Shown: in pieces, positions 1 to 16,760 of the stretch
Layout of the letters: each line of letters starts with the position of its first letter
Position numbering within the stretch: position 1 is the first letter of the stretch
DNA from: Octopus sinensis
Taxonomy: Eukaryota
Length of the DNA stretch: 64,000 bases
NCBI RefSeq assembly: GCF_006345805.1
Contig: NC_043004.1
Coordinates: 98,022,001 to 98,086,000 of the forward strand
Direction of reading: 5' to 3'
Notes under the pieces: generated by a model
The model's input: only the letters and a program-made list of their open reading frames with translations
What the model was told of the DNA's origin: nothing
The model's database searches: none
Program-made: the position numbers and the translations under genes

Positions 1-164
1 GATTCTTTTGACATCAGATGTTTGCAAACACGAAGGACTGACTACTGTCATTTTAATTCAACATGAAAACGGAAGCTTCCAAAATAACGTTATTCATAGC
101 AAATCAAATCAATGTTCGATTTTATGATACAAATTGCCTTTTTTTGTTTATTTATTAATTGCTA

Positions 165-209
165 TTATCATTATTATTATTATCATCATCATCATCATCA
201 TCATCGTAA

Positions 210-243
<34 letters not shown>

Positions 244-390
244 CATCATCATCATCATCATCATTATTATTATTATTATTATTATCATCATCATCATCAT
301 CATCATTATTATTATTATATTATTATTATTATTATTATTATTATTATCATCATCATCATCATCATCATTATTATTATTATTATTATTCTT

Positions 391-422
<32 letters not shown>

Positions 423-462
423 TATTATTATATTATTATTATTATTTATTATTATTATTATT
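165..462. repeat. (TAT)n/(CAT)n microsatellite
   Basis: Visible triplet repeats; source of spurious poly-I/Y/H ORFs. Confidence 0.97.
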
Positions 463-4778
<4,316 letters not shown>

Positions 4779-4783
4779 GCTAA

Positions 4784-5012
4784 GGCGGCGAGCTGGCAGA
4801 ATCGTTAGCGCGCTGGATGGAAATGCTTAGCGGTATTTCACCCGTTGCTACGTTTAAGTTCAAATTCCACCGAGGTCGAGTCTGCCTTTCATCCTTTCTA
4901 GGTCGATAAGTTAAGTACCAGTGAAACAAATGTGGGGTGGGGGTGGGGCGATGTAACGGACTTATCCTCTCCCCCAAAATGGCTGCCCATGTGGCAAAAT
5001 TTGAAACAATTA
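4784..5012 (+). mobile_element. tRNA-derived SINE, family A
   Basis: A-box-like TGGCAGAATCG and B-box GTTCAAATTCC (4858-4868). Shared core GAGGTCGA..GCCTTTCATCCTTT..GGTCGATAA..AAGTACCAG recurs about 10 times in the window. Confidence 0.85.
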
Positions 5013-5097
5013 TTTTTGTTGTTAATGTTGTCATTCTTCTTCCCCTTCATCACTATCATCATCTTCTTCTTCGTCTTCTTCTTCTTCATCATATTTG

Positions 5098-5170
5098 AGC
5101 GCAAGGCCAGCAATTTTGGGGGAGGAGATAAGTCGATTACATCGACCCAAGTTTTCAATAATTACCAGTT
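5098..5170 (-). mobile_element. SINE family A 3' fragment
   Basis: Reverse complement of the family A tail (AAGTCGATTACATCGACCC). Confidence 0.6.
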
Positions 5171-5480
5171 GAATAATGCTCTTTGAATAATCTTTCTTTT
5201 GTATTACAATACAAATGCTGACATTGACTTAGAAACATTTGATGGAGTTGTGTTTTTTTTGTTTGTTTGTTTTTGTCATTCCGCCAAAAGTCAGCTGTGA
5301 TTGAGAAGATAATGATCAAATGCATTCCATTCTTAACCGTCAAATATTGTGTAGATAAGACTACATTGCTCTTGTTTTAATGCAAGAATGTACAATGGGA
5401 TTTGAGGGTGATTTGTTCGCTATTTCTAGATGGTTGAGTGACTACAGAAAAGTACCCTTGTTCTCTCTCTTTCTCCCACC

Positions 5481-5482
<2 letters not shown>

Positions 5483-5564
<82 letters not shown>

Positions 5565-5620
5565 TACATACATACATACATACTACATACATACATACAT
5601 ACATACATACATACATGCAT
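5483..5620. repeat. (TC)n-(TA)n-(TACA)n compound microsatellite
   Basis: Directly visible. Confidence 0.95.
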
Positions 5621-5629
5621 ACATAGATT

Positions 5630-7595
5630 CAGTACTGTCTCGATAATTTACTAATTTGTTCTCGGAGACCGCTCGTAAAACGGAGATACGCAAACAAGAG
5701 CAATAATTTCCTATAGCAGCAATGTTATATATCGTAATTCGTTCCCAGAAAAATGTTTTACCTATAAAATTTATAATACTCGTAAATATATGGCAATAAA
5801 AACAAGAGTATAAAGGAAAGAATATTTAATGTAAATTAAAAAGAATGTCAAGATCTTTCATAATAAAAAAAATATTATTATGATTGTTTTATGAATCACT
5901 TTCACTCGCATTAAACTCTCACGAACCATCTCTTGTAGATGCGTTGTCGAACTTGTAAGTTTTCGTTTTTTAAAAATAAACCTTGGGTTGTTTGCTTAGA
6001 AGAAGCTTTTTTTTCGCTCTGCATAAATTTTTCGGTAACACATAGAAGCATTTGTTATGGTAGGGGAAACTTTTGCACTTCGTTCAAAATTTGGATCTTC
6101 TGCTTGAAATGCGTCCACGAGTCCTTCCAACGCGAATGCATTAGCTGGCGTTTCATCGACAGTGTCATTTTCGTTTTCTATTGCTGTCTGTACTTGCATT
6201 GCAATTAGGACTTCGTTGGTGAGTTCATCGCTATGTGATTGAAGCAGCTCATCTACCTTACTTGCCGACACGTTGAGATTCATTTCATTTGCCAGGTTTA
6301 CAATTTTTCCTGTTTCATTTTGTACATTTTCTTGTAGTGATTCAAAACCCTCAAAATCATTAAGAAATTGGAGGCAGTTTTTCCAAACACCCTTCATACT
6401 CTTTTGAGTGATATTATCCCATGCTTTTCCTATTATTTTGACTACAGTATAAATGTTGTGACTGTTCCAGAATTCCATTACAGTTGGTGCCCTTCTTGGT
6501 CTGTTTCTTCATTCAGTATTGAAAATGTGTAGTTTAAATAATGAGCTTTAAAAGTTGCAATAACATCCTGGTCCATTGGTTGCAAAAGTGATGTATTCAG
6601 AGGCGAAAAAATAATTTTGACATTAGGATGGAGATCCTGTAGATTTGGAGGTTGGTTAGGTGCATTGTCAATAAGTAACATTGCATTTTTATCCCAATAT
6701 TCCTTAACTTCCAGTAAAAAGTGATATAAAAACCATTTTTCAATTAACGTTGCCGTAACCTGATCTTTTTTTATTAGATTTCCATATTACTGAAAGGTAA
6801 CTTTTTAAGATGCCTTTAAGTACCCTAGGATTTCGAACTCGATAAACTAGTACTAGTTTTAATTTTAAATCTCCAGATGCATTTCCTCCAAATAATAATG
6901 TCAGTCGACCTATTGCAACTTTAAAACCAGGTGGCGCAGATTTTTCCTTAGCAATGTAACTTCTAGATGGCATACGTTTCCAGAAAAGTCTTGTTTCATT
7001 GACATTAAAAATTAGTTGTGTCATGTAGACCTCTTCTTTAATTATTTCTGAAAATGTTTCAGGAAGATTTTTTTTTGCTGCATCGACATCAGCGCTTGGC
7101 GCTTCTCCTTGCACTTTGACGGAATGCCACTCATGTCGATTTTTAAATCGATCAAACCATGATCTGCTTGCAAGAAAAGTTTCGTTTGTGTCACCTTTCA
7201 TTTCTTTAAGCATACTGAAGCGAGACAATGCTTTGCTACAAATCAACACTTGCTCAACATACATATGCATGCATTGTGATTTGTTATTTATTCATGCATT
7301 TAAGAGTTTTTCCTTTTCCGGAATGTTGCTTCCAGCATCTCTTTTACGAGTCCAGGTTGATTTCAAAGGCTTGGGATAAATATTTTTTCCTTTTTCTTTG
7401 AGAATTGTGCAAACAGTTGACGAGTTAAGAGAAAGTTTGTCACAAAGTTTTTTTCCAGTTGCACTACCATCCTGCATGTTTACAATTTCTTACTTCGTTT
7501 CCAAAGTGATGGTTCTAGTTTCTTTTTGTTCCCGTTGATGTCCGCTGCACTCTTTCGTTTAGACATATTGGGTAGGTTAAAAATGCCGAAAATAA
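5630..7595 (-). mobile_element. Decayed Tigger/pogo-like DNA transposon
   Basis: Transposase relic (next feature). Candidate terminal sequence CAGTACTGTCTCGATAA at 5630; the matching TIR was not found. Confidence 0.75.
5996..7566 (-). pseudogene. Tigger/pogo transposase pseudogene (CENP-B-type HTH + DDE_1)
   Basis: MSKRK..TITLETK..LNSSTVCTILK; FLASRSWFDRFKNRH; GEAPSAD; IFNVNETRLFWKRMP; LLIDNAP; LLQPMDQDVIATFKAHY. Several frameshifts and stops; the first catalytic D reads N. Confidence 0.88.
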
Positions 7596-8660
7596 TCTTA
7601 CTATAAAGGGCGTTATGTCAGTCTAGTGTCTGTTCCCTTTTCATAGTCAAACGGCTGGACCAAGAGTCACAATGTTTTTGGGGATAACGAAGGAGGTAAT
7701 CAAGGAAGATTTTAGCGAAAAAATGTAAAAAATATGAATATTTAGTGGATATTGAAGGTAAATGTTCAGTTTATGGGCGTAAAAAAGGGTAATTAAAAAT
7801 TAAGGGAGAGGAAACTAATAAAAGATGCAAAGGGAAGTAAGTCAGCTTCTTATTATAATGGGTGGTATGTCCGTCTATTTGTCCGTCTATCTCTTCCCTG
7901 TTCATGGCCAAACGGCTGCACCAATGGTCACGAATGTTTTTCGGGATTACGAAGGAGGTGATCAGGAAAAAATGTGAAAAACGTATGATTATTCAGTGGA
8001 TATTAAGTTTTGTATTAATAAATCTCTTTTGATTTTTTTTTTTGTTTAAATTCCGGCGGCGAGGATTATCTCTTTATTCACCACTCCCCACTCCCTGCGA
8101 TACTATCCCTATATTTCCCATCATAGATGATGAGATTCCTAAAGATTCAGCTCGCGCCTTCACAGCAAACACGGCACAGGGTATAGACATTAGATCATGT
8201 AGATGTATTTATATCCACTCTGATGTTTACACACGACCGGTTATACGTGGCTGTGAGTAGAGCAACGGACTCCATTAATTTGAAAATTAACGTCGACCAA
8301 ACAGAAAATATTGACCACAAAGAAGTTTTGTAATCATATTGATACTATCGAAAGGAATATGATTCATAATATAAATACAGAAATTTGTGAACTTTGAATA
8401 TAAAACAGTGTAAACAACTAAAATAAAAGTATATCTAAATAACATGTTTTTCTTAATGCTTTTTATGTAGTGGTCGAAGGAAGCTCTACTCTTATTTAGG
8501 AGTGGTCCACATCATCGTGTATGATACAGAGGCTGGAAGCCTATTTCAGTTCGGGGGCGAATCGTCATCACACCTCACTTAGTCGCAAATACATGTCTTA
8601 TAGCTGCAATAAAATGTTGTATCACCAACAATAATGTGATTTTTCTAAGACATCACCCAG
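7596..8660 (+). mobile_element. Non-autonomous Helitron with a RepHel (Pif1 helicase) C-terminal remnant
   Basis: A|TC start at 7596 and a repeated 5' module at ~7848. RAFTANTAQG and VFTHDRLYVAVSRA...TENIDHKEVL* at ~8155-8333. The 3' ~450 bp recur at 34.8-35.3 kb. Confidence 0.7.
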
Positions 8661-8999
8661 TAATCTATCAAGTCCACTTACACAAGTTACTAACAATCCA
8701 CGAGTAGTTAGATTTACACACACTCACACACGCCTACAAACATGTATATTTAAACAACATACAAAACAACATATATTTTCACAGACTTACACAAATATGT
8801 ATATATAAAATACATATATTCACACGCACCCCACACAACCACACATATGTATATATAAACAAAAGTGGAAAGTTCGTAAATTATTTTGTTACGTCATCTT
8901 ACATGTATTTCGTTACATTATCCTTTATAAAATGAAAAAAAAATTCAAGCAGATTGCGTTAGCAAATCTTCAGAGGTCGCGTAACAATGGTAGAATATG

Positions 9000-10560
9000 T
9001 TTTAAGACTAACCGCGGAGATCGGACAATTTTCTGAAGTTAATGGCTTCTTCGATTCAAATAACACTTTTGGTGGAATTTACTAAAATTTCTGAAACCTC
9101 CACTGATGTAGTTATCTTTATTTATACAATGCATTTTGATGGGTTTATAATAATGTGTCCTGAGTCCAGATCAGTTACGTATGTTTTGCTACGTCTTTTT
9201 TGCTGCTGGACACCCAACTTTGCAAAGGGCAACAAGGAGTGCTATCCCGCTAGAAATAGATAACAAAATATTCTTCATGTCATGGCCTATAATCTTTGGA
9301 AAAAAAAACCGCATATCGAAAAGTCTAGTTGTATATGCATTGCTACTGAAAAGATAATATGGTTACAGCTGGTATCACTTTTCTGAAAGGCTTTCTCAAT
9401 CAAACCTGAACTGGAGTTAACGGAATAAGTATCAATGGCATGTTCAATAAGAATACCATTAGTATCGCTACCTGGAACAACAACTTAGAAGCTTATATGT
9501 GGTCACTCGAGTTGCAAGAATGAACATGAAGAGCTCCATGTTAAAAAATAATTATGTTGTAGAAAGGGATATATTTCTGAAGAAAAGACGAAATGGAATA
9601 TATTTGATCATAGATCTGTCTTGGATCATGACTGATGTGTGTTTACACAAGAGCAATACAGCTTTCCCTTTTAAGAAATGATAGCCAAATTTCCGTCAAA
9701 TCATACGCTTGGCTTTTTAGGACTGGAAGGACGAATTAGATGTTTTTGTTAAGCACTTAAAAAAAAAATATATAATAAACTTTGCTGAAACATTTTTTCT
9801 TAAGTCTGCTTAATAAAGGCTGGTCTGTGTCTAAAAAAAACCACAGCGAAATATTTCTAAAGTCCCCTAACTATAATTCGTGACCATAATTAGGATGTAA
9901 TATAATTCTAAAACAGGCCGTTAATGCGAATTTTATATTTTGGAAATATTCGACAGAATGCTTAAATGTTCATGAAAATATTACACATTAAGTTCTACGA
10001 GACATAATAGTCTACCACATAATATTCACTGCAAACAAAAATATGAAGAATATTTCTCCAAAGAAAATATCAACTGCTAAGCGCCCCGCTCCGCTCCGTC
10101 GTTTTATAATTAGATATTCAATAAAAAGGTTTCAGAATGATTGGTAATTTACCAAAAGAAGTTACGATATTGAGAGGTTTCTAGTGCGTACTCAACATGA
10201 TCACTTTTATTATTGGAAGTAATTGCTAAATCTGATTCAAATCTATTCTTAATTTCTTCAGTAATGAATTAAGCATTTAATAATATAGTTGTTGACAAAT
10301 GTAATATGCTCGGAACGAAAATGAAAGGGAAAGAAGTGGAAACTTTCTGATTATTGTTCTGCTTATCTATGTGGAAAACTTACTTTGTTGTACGATTAAA
10401 AACCACTGCCTTGGATATTGATAGCAGAGTCTCCTTCGTTGTAAATATTCAGGCTGAGTCATCAATATGAGAATATATTTCTCTCTCCCTCGCTGCAGTA
10501 TCAGTGATCCTGTAAAGAGGCACGGATACTAATTTTCCTTCCAACTATAAGACAATTTAC
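9000..10560 (+). pseudogene. Highly degenerate DNA-transposase relic, possibly Academ-like
   Basis: Scattered translated motifs YVFFAAGHPT, KR*YG..GIT, IQAES and RGTDT resemble Academ-type motifs recalled from memory (FFAAGHxNYAR, MRYG..GIT, QAxxDAD, GxDTD). No continuous ORF. Confidence 0.35.
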
Positions 10561-10690
10561 CTGATATTTCAAAACAACAATGTTTCAAATGGAAAACCAC
10601 TAATGGCAAATTTTTATCTTAAAACAACATAAAACACGATTTTGGCAAACAGCCGAAATTGAAAGTACATAGTGAATACGTCGTTATTGT

Positions 10691-10905
10691 TATTGGTTTC
10701 AAACTTGGGCATAAAGCCAGCAATTTCAGGGATGGGGAAAGTCGATAATATCGACCTCAGTACTCAACTGGTACTTATTTAATCGACCTCGTAAAGATGA
10801 AAGACAAAGACGACTTCGGCGGTGTTTGAACACAGAACGCAAAGACGGACGAAGTGCTGCCAAGCATTCTGCCCGACGTGCTAATGATTCCGCCAGCTCG
10901 CCATC
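10691..10905 (-). mobile_element. SINE family A
   Basis: Complete head, core and tail in reverse complement. Confidence 0.8.
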
Positions 10906-11556
10906 TTGAAGTCGTTCTTTCTACAGTCACTGTATAACCATTGGTTTATTCCAACCGAGCTGACCGATCTATGACTAAAAATATTTGAGCCAGGTTTGTA
11001 CTGTCTTTTCAAGAATAATTAGGGATCTATCCCCGCTCTTACCATGAAAGAAAGATGCGATCTGAGGAAGATTTGACTGTTTATATTTCTTAGTTGATCA
11101 ACCACTAAAAGACTCACTCAGGATCAAAAGAGTAGATCGAAGTAGTAGCTGAATGGGAAATAGTCAAACTTCAACAATTCATAATAATTATTCTCAAAGA
11201 AAATATTATCATGCACATTGTTCGTTAAGAGAGAAGCTTTACGTTGTAATAATTAGATAATTTGACAGCTTTTATAGAATATCAGTTAATAGAAGATGGT
11301 AAAAAGCAAATAACAAGTAGGAAGAATACTACGTCCATCACTCCATCTTTCTGTACCTTTAGCTATCTAATTAGTTTTACATAATTATATTTATTTATGA
11401 TAATTCAATATATAGTTGTGTGTGCGTGTGTGACTGTATGTTTGCGTGCTTTTGTGTGCATGTGTGTTGTTTATTCAGAGCTGATTCTACGAATGCTAAT
11501 TGCAGTTCCTCAACTTGGGTTCCCAGGCAACACCACAGCCATGCAGCATCCACAAA

Positions 11557-11564
<8 letters not shown>

Positions 11565-11591
<27 letters not shown>

Positions 11592-11603
11592 TGCATGACT
11601 GCA

Positions 11604-11671
<68 letters not shown>

Positions 11672-11797
11672 GTATATATACATATATACACATATATAAA
11701 TCCATACACACGCACATATATATACATATATATGTATATATACTTATATATCACATATAGATGTATGCCCGTTACTATTTATATACATGCACACGCG

Positions 11798-11845
<48 letters not shown>
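11565..11845. repeat. (TATG)n/(TA)n/(CA)n microsatellite cluster
   Basis: Directly visible. Confidence 0.93.
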
Positions 11846-11851
<6 letters not shown>

Positions 11852-12387
11852 TATGTCTAGAGAGAGAAAGAGACGTGCATGTATGTATTTATGCATTCGT
11901 GCATCTGTGTTTATTCATATCAGAGCTGGAGACATAATAATTAATAGAATTAATATAACAATTTGTAATTATCACTTACTACGTGGTAACAAAGATAAAC
12001 TTTGTAATATTTGTTAACAGCTGCTAGATATTTTACGCCTGAATTCTATGTTTACGACTCTCTTCACTTTTTAATTATTTGTTTATTTAATCAATGGCGA
12101 TATTTAATTACCGAATGAGAGAAATAGCAGTAGCTCCTGCAGGTTTTCACAAACGGTTAGTTTATAGCAGGTTTCATATGTAGACACAAATATCCTGCAG
12201 ACAGAATACAGTAAGTTCTTCAGAAATATGCACATGCACATGTACATCATCGTCATCATCAATGTATCTACCTATATATATATATATACCGGAGTAAACA
12301 CATAAATTTGAAACAAGGTGGAAAAAAGAGTACTCAAATACCAGTGGTAGAGTAATATGCTTTATTTTAAGAAGCAGAAATTTCAAC

Positions 12388-12435
12388 AAAATCTGTTACT
12401 CTGAGTTTCTCGTTGCCGTTCATCAGACAGTTTTT
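12388..12435 (-). ncRNA. Minimal type I hammerhead ribozyme (minus-strand twin)
   Basis: Exact reverse complement of 12442-12489. Confidence 0.75.
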
Positions 12436-12441
12436 GCTAGA

Positions 12442-12489
12442 AAAAACTGTCTGATGAACGGCAACGAGAAACTCAGAGTAACAGATTTT
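12442..12489 (+). ncRNA. Minimal type I hammerhead ribozyme
   Basis: AAAAACUGU-CUGAUGA-ACG GCAA CGA-GAA-ACUC A GAGU-A^ACAGAUUUU. Intact core, stem I CUGU/ACAG plus extension, palindromic stem III, GUA site after 12480. Stem II has an A.A mismatch at the core-proximal pair. Confidence 0.75.
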
Positions 12490-12516
12490 GTTGAATTATC
12501 TGCTGCTTAAAATAAA

Positions 12517-12555
<39 letters not shown>

Positions 12556-12959
12556 TGTGTATGTGTGCATGTATTAAGTGTATATAACAGACACTCAAAA
12601 ACATATATTCATCTGACACACATACACATATACACACACACACACGCACACACACATACACACACACACATTTCTATGTATGAATGAAATATATGCGAAC
12701 AAGGAAAATCAGAAATACTCGCACACATCCGTATAGATTTCTGTATTCATTCTATTAACATGAAACTGTTTTCCAAGCTGCCTGAGTCCTTAACACATTC
12801 TTTTAACAGAATCGATATATCACAAAGAGTGATAAAGCAGGGCCTTGAAATTTCCTTTATACTTCGACCATCGGTCTTCCTATCATTTCTTTCAGTCCAG
12901 TTTAATTTCACTTAGACAGCTTTGCTCAAACGAAATTATTTCAAAGGTCATTTGTCTAA

Positions 12960-13320
12960 AATGTTAGGTCCCAAGATTGGGACCACGGGCCATACGTCCC
13001 CTGCCCAATTCAAGATCACAGCATACATGTACACTGCAACATAATTTCTTTTCAACAGGCCCTGCTCTATTTAACATTGTCCCGAAAGCGATCAAAGAGG
13101 AAAAGGATCCCATCAACTTTAAACGGAGTCTGGATAGATTCCTTCAAGGAATACGAGATAAGCCACCCATAATTGGATGCAACTCACCCAACAAATGGAC
13201 CATAAACAAAACCTGACTTAAACAGGATTTAGATAATCCTATCAGGTGGTGCTATTAAGTTAGACATGGCCTGGAACAATCTTTGGTCGAAACATATCTA
13301 AGTTTTATCTAAGTTTTATT
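12960..13320 (+). mobile_element. CR1/L2-group LINE 3' fragment
   Basis: FFSTGPALFNIVPKAIK..FKRSLDRFLQGIRDKPP C-terminal motif, then a UTR and a (TATCTAAGTTT)x2 tail. Confidence 0.7.
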
Positions 13321-13321
13321 G

Positions 13322-13630
13322 GCACTCCATCGATTACGACGACCAGTGTTCCAGTCGATCACGATCAACAGAACAGCTTACTTGTGAGATTGACGTTTAA
13401 GTGGCAGAGCACTTCACAAAAACGCGTATCTTCAACGTTATTCTGGGGGAGATCCAGCGTGATAATGAATATGATAAGGCTGGCCCATTGAAATACATTT
13501 TTGTCTGCTGAGTTGACTGGAGCAATGTAAAATAAAGTGTCTTGCTCAAGGACACAACACACCGCCGGAGATGGAACTCCGGACCTTATAATCATGAGCC
13601 AGTTACTCTAACCATTAAGCCACGTACCTT
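13322..13630 (-). mobile_element. tRNA-derived SINE, family C
   Basis: Minus strand reads GTGGCTTAATGGTTAGAG head, CORE-like TGTCCTTGAGCAAGACAC, and tail GTCGTCGTAATCGATGGAGTGCCA. Confidence 0.7.
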
Positions 13631-14142
13631 CTGGGGCCAAAACTAGAACTACGGAATTATAAAGTAAGCTGCTTATTAAACTATTGAGATATATCTATTT
13701 TGACTTACATAAACACGCACGCAAACATTCTATTTAGAAAGGGTTGTCTAAGATCGATACAACTCAAAACTTTGTAGGCGCAGAATCCGACGCGTCCTCA
13801 AGCTCAGAGACTCAGCCACAAGGGAATTCTTCATGGTAAAAATATCTGTATCTTCATTCGGCATTGAGAGCTATGTGGATACTTTCGCTAAGCAGCCATA
13901 ACAGTATTTTCAATATATGCGCAATGCGATGGAACAGAAGACAGATGTTTAATGTCACGATGTTGACGAGCTGTAAGATTTGATATTTCAGAAGTGATAG
14001 TTGCCCCATAGCGAGATACAAGTAGCAAATAACAAATAAGTTTGTGTGTCAAGCATGGCTACATGGTGTAATTACATTTGGATGAGGGAAGTCTACTGAG
14101 TCCTATTAGGCGGAATTCAAAATAATCTCATTGTGATGAAAC

Positions 14143-14178
<36 letters not shown>

Positions 14179-14200
14179 GTTGAATGGATTATCTTATTAT

Positions 14201-14257
<57 letters not shown>

Positions 14258-14789
14258 ATATGTATGTATGTATGTATGTATAAACTAAGATATAAACACA
14301 AATTAGGCAATCATATTCATACAGTTATAAATTCGACTTAAAATGCGTATGTATATATTAATACATATCGACACATGAATATTATTTTTAAAAAATAATT
14401 ATAAAATATAAATATATACATAAAAGTACATGTATAAAATATAAATATACATGTATAAAATATAAATATATACATAAAAATACATGTAAATAAAACCCAT
14501 ATGCAATATGTATGGAAGAAAATGTGAGAGAAAGAGAATTGATAAAAATATTTGTACAAAAATTAGAAGCGGTTAAGAGTTTCAGTTAAAAGATCCATAG
14601 AGTTCGATGTGTTTCTTTAAAAATATATAAATGGTATATGAGGTATATAATACAGTTCGAAGTAGTTCACTTCCTACGGCCGTTTCCACAGTTCATGTCC
14701 TGGTAGTAAAATTAATAAAAAATTAGTAAAAAGATATATATATCTGTGTGTGTGTGTATGAGTGATTGTGTATATGCATGCGTGGTTGT

Positions 14790-14954
14790 GTAGTTAGATA
14801 GTTGGACTGATAGATAGATAGATTGATACATACACACATAGACGGATGACAGACTGACAAACAGACTGACAGACAGAGAGATACAGACATACAGAAAGAC
14901 AGCCAGAGAGATACAGACAGACAGACAGAAATACAGACAGACAGACAGACAGAC

Positions 14955-15010
<56 letters not shown>
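14790..15010. repeat. (GATA)n/(GACA)n microsatellite
   Basis: Directly visible. Confidence 0.95.
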
Positions 15011-15011
<1 letters not shown>

Positions 15012-15375
15012 TGTTTCTTTATTAGCCACACAGGGCTGCACACAGATAGAACAAATTACAAGGTAGAGCTTTTCTTTTGGAGGTAAAAAAAATAAAACTA
15101 AAAAAAATAAAATAAATAAATAAAAAGGGGGGTCGATCAAAAGGGATCGTAAAAGGAGAGAACGAGGACAAAAAAAAGGGGGAGAGGAAAAAAATTGATC
15201 AATAGGGATCGTTATCACAGAAATGTCAATATGAAGTGTAAAGGGGAGGACAGGTGAGGTTTACCCGTGGAAAGAAAAGCCTACGGAAAAGACCACGGTA
15301 ACCTTGGTCAATGAAGTCACATGTTATATTTCTTTTTTTTTTTTTTGCAAATAAGCAACTCTCTGTATTAATTTT

Positions 15376-15380
15376 TACGG

Positions 15381-15420
<40 letters not shown>

Positions 15421-15425
15421 CTGAG

Positions 15426-15479
<54 letters not shown>

Positions 15480-15530
15480 GTAGATAGATAGATAGATAGA
15501 TAGACTGAGAGATAGATAGATAGATATACA
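15376..15530. repeat. (GATA)n microsatellite
   Basis: Directly visible. Confidence 0.95.
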
Positions 15531-15540
15531 TCTATACGTC

Positions 15541-15785
15541 CATGGGCGTGCGGTAAGAAGTTTGCTTTCCAGTCACATGGTCCAGTCCCACAGCGTGGCA
15601 CCTTCGGCAGTGTCTTCTACTAAAGCCGCGGGCCGACCAAAGCCTTGTGAGTGGATTTGGTAGACAGAAACTGAAAGAAGTCCGCCTTAGATTTATGTGT
15701 GTGTATATATATATGTGTGTGTGTGTGTTTGTGTGGTGTGTATTTGTTCCCCAAATTCACTTGATTAACGGTGTGTCAGTATAGG
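15541..15785 (+). mobile_element. tRNA-derived SINE, family B (CORE-like), partial
   Basis: GTAAGAAGTTTGCTT head, GGCACCTT.GGCAGTGTCTTCTAC core, GCCTTGTGAGTGGATTTGGTAGAC; same family as 32.1, 44.9 and 48.1 kb. Confidence 0.75.
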
Positions 15786-15795
15786 TGTGTATTTA

Positions 15796-15858
<63 letters not shown>

Positions 15859-15991
15859 GTCTGTCTGACTGTTATCTATCTGTCTACCTGCCTATCTATC
15901 TGTCTGTCTGTCTCTCTATCTAACTATATGTCTGCTTGTCTCTCTATGTCACTCTCTCCCACTCTCTGTCTTTAAATATGTTATACATACA

Positions 15992-16059
<68 letters not shown>

Positions 16060-16561
16060 ATCAGACAAACACACACATGCGTATGTATGAATGTATATAT
16101 GTGTGTGTGTATTTATGTATGTCTGAGTAAACTATCACTATACTCTCTTTCGCAATTGTAAATGTTTAAATTTCTAACTTTGGTTATGTATATGATAGAA
16201 TGAATTAGTAATGAAAACTAGAGTAGTCTGCAGCATCTATTTTGGGGCGTCAATCAAAATATTTATTACTCTGTGTAGTATTATATTTGTTTCATTCTTT
16301 CTTCGGGGCAGTAAGTTTTATTTCTCTATTACATATGCTTAAAAAGTATAGGATATGGCTATTACTCTCTTCAAGCATTGCTTTTTTATCTTCAGTAATA
16401 ATATTTTAAAAACTACGAAGTTTACAAAACATTTCAAATTGCTTTGGTACTGAGTGGCAGCAAAAAATTTTCTCAAACAGTAAAACATTCTACAAATTTT
16501 TTTTTGAAATTCCTAGAAATTTCAAAAACATTTTAAACCTTTACATTAAATAGTAATATTG

Positions 16562-16760
16562 ATTATGGTATGGCACAAGGCCAGTAAATTTGAGGAAGGG
16601 GAAGTCGATGTAATCGACTTCAGTGCTCTTTATTTTATCGACTTCGAAAGAATGAAAGGCAAAGTCGACCTCGGCAGAATTTGAACTCATAATGAACAAA
16701 CAGAAGAAATGCCGCTAAGTAGTTGCCCGCGGGTTAACAATTCTGCCAGCTCACTGCCTT
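16562..16760 (-). mobile_element. SINE family A
   Basis: Family A core AAAGGCAAAGTCGACCTCGG and head in reverse complement. Confidence 0.8.

Larger units (their letters stand above)
12289..12517. mobile_element. Penelope-like terminal-repeat fragment with fold-back, embedded in (TA)n
   Basis: (TA)n on both sides; ~76-bp inverted arms (12360-12435 and 12442-12517), each with a hammerhead. The Penelope assignment is inferred from this architecture; no coding sequence is present. Confidence 0.65.

Noticed and set aside
4784-4870. tRNA genes at SINE heads
   Set aside because: A/B boxes are present, but there is no cloverleaf and they are followed by shared SINE bodies.
11395-12017. YI/CV/TH-rich ORFs here and throughout the window
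   Set aside because: They are translations of (TA)n, (TG)n and (TACA)n repeats.
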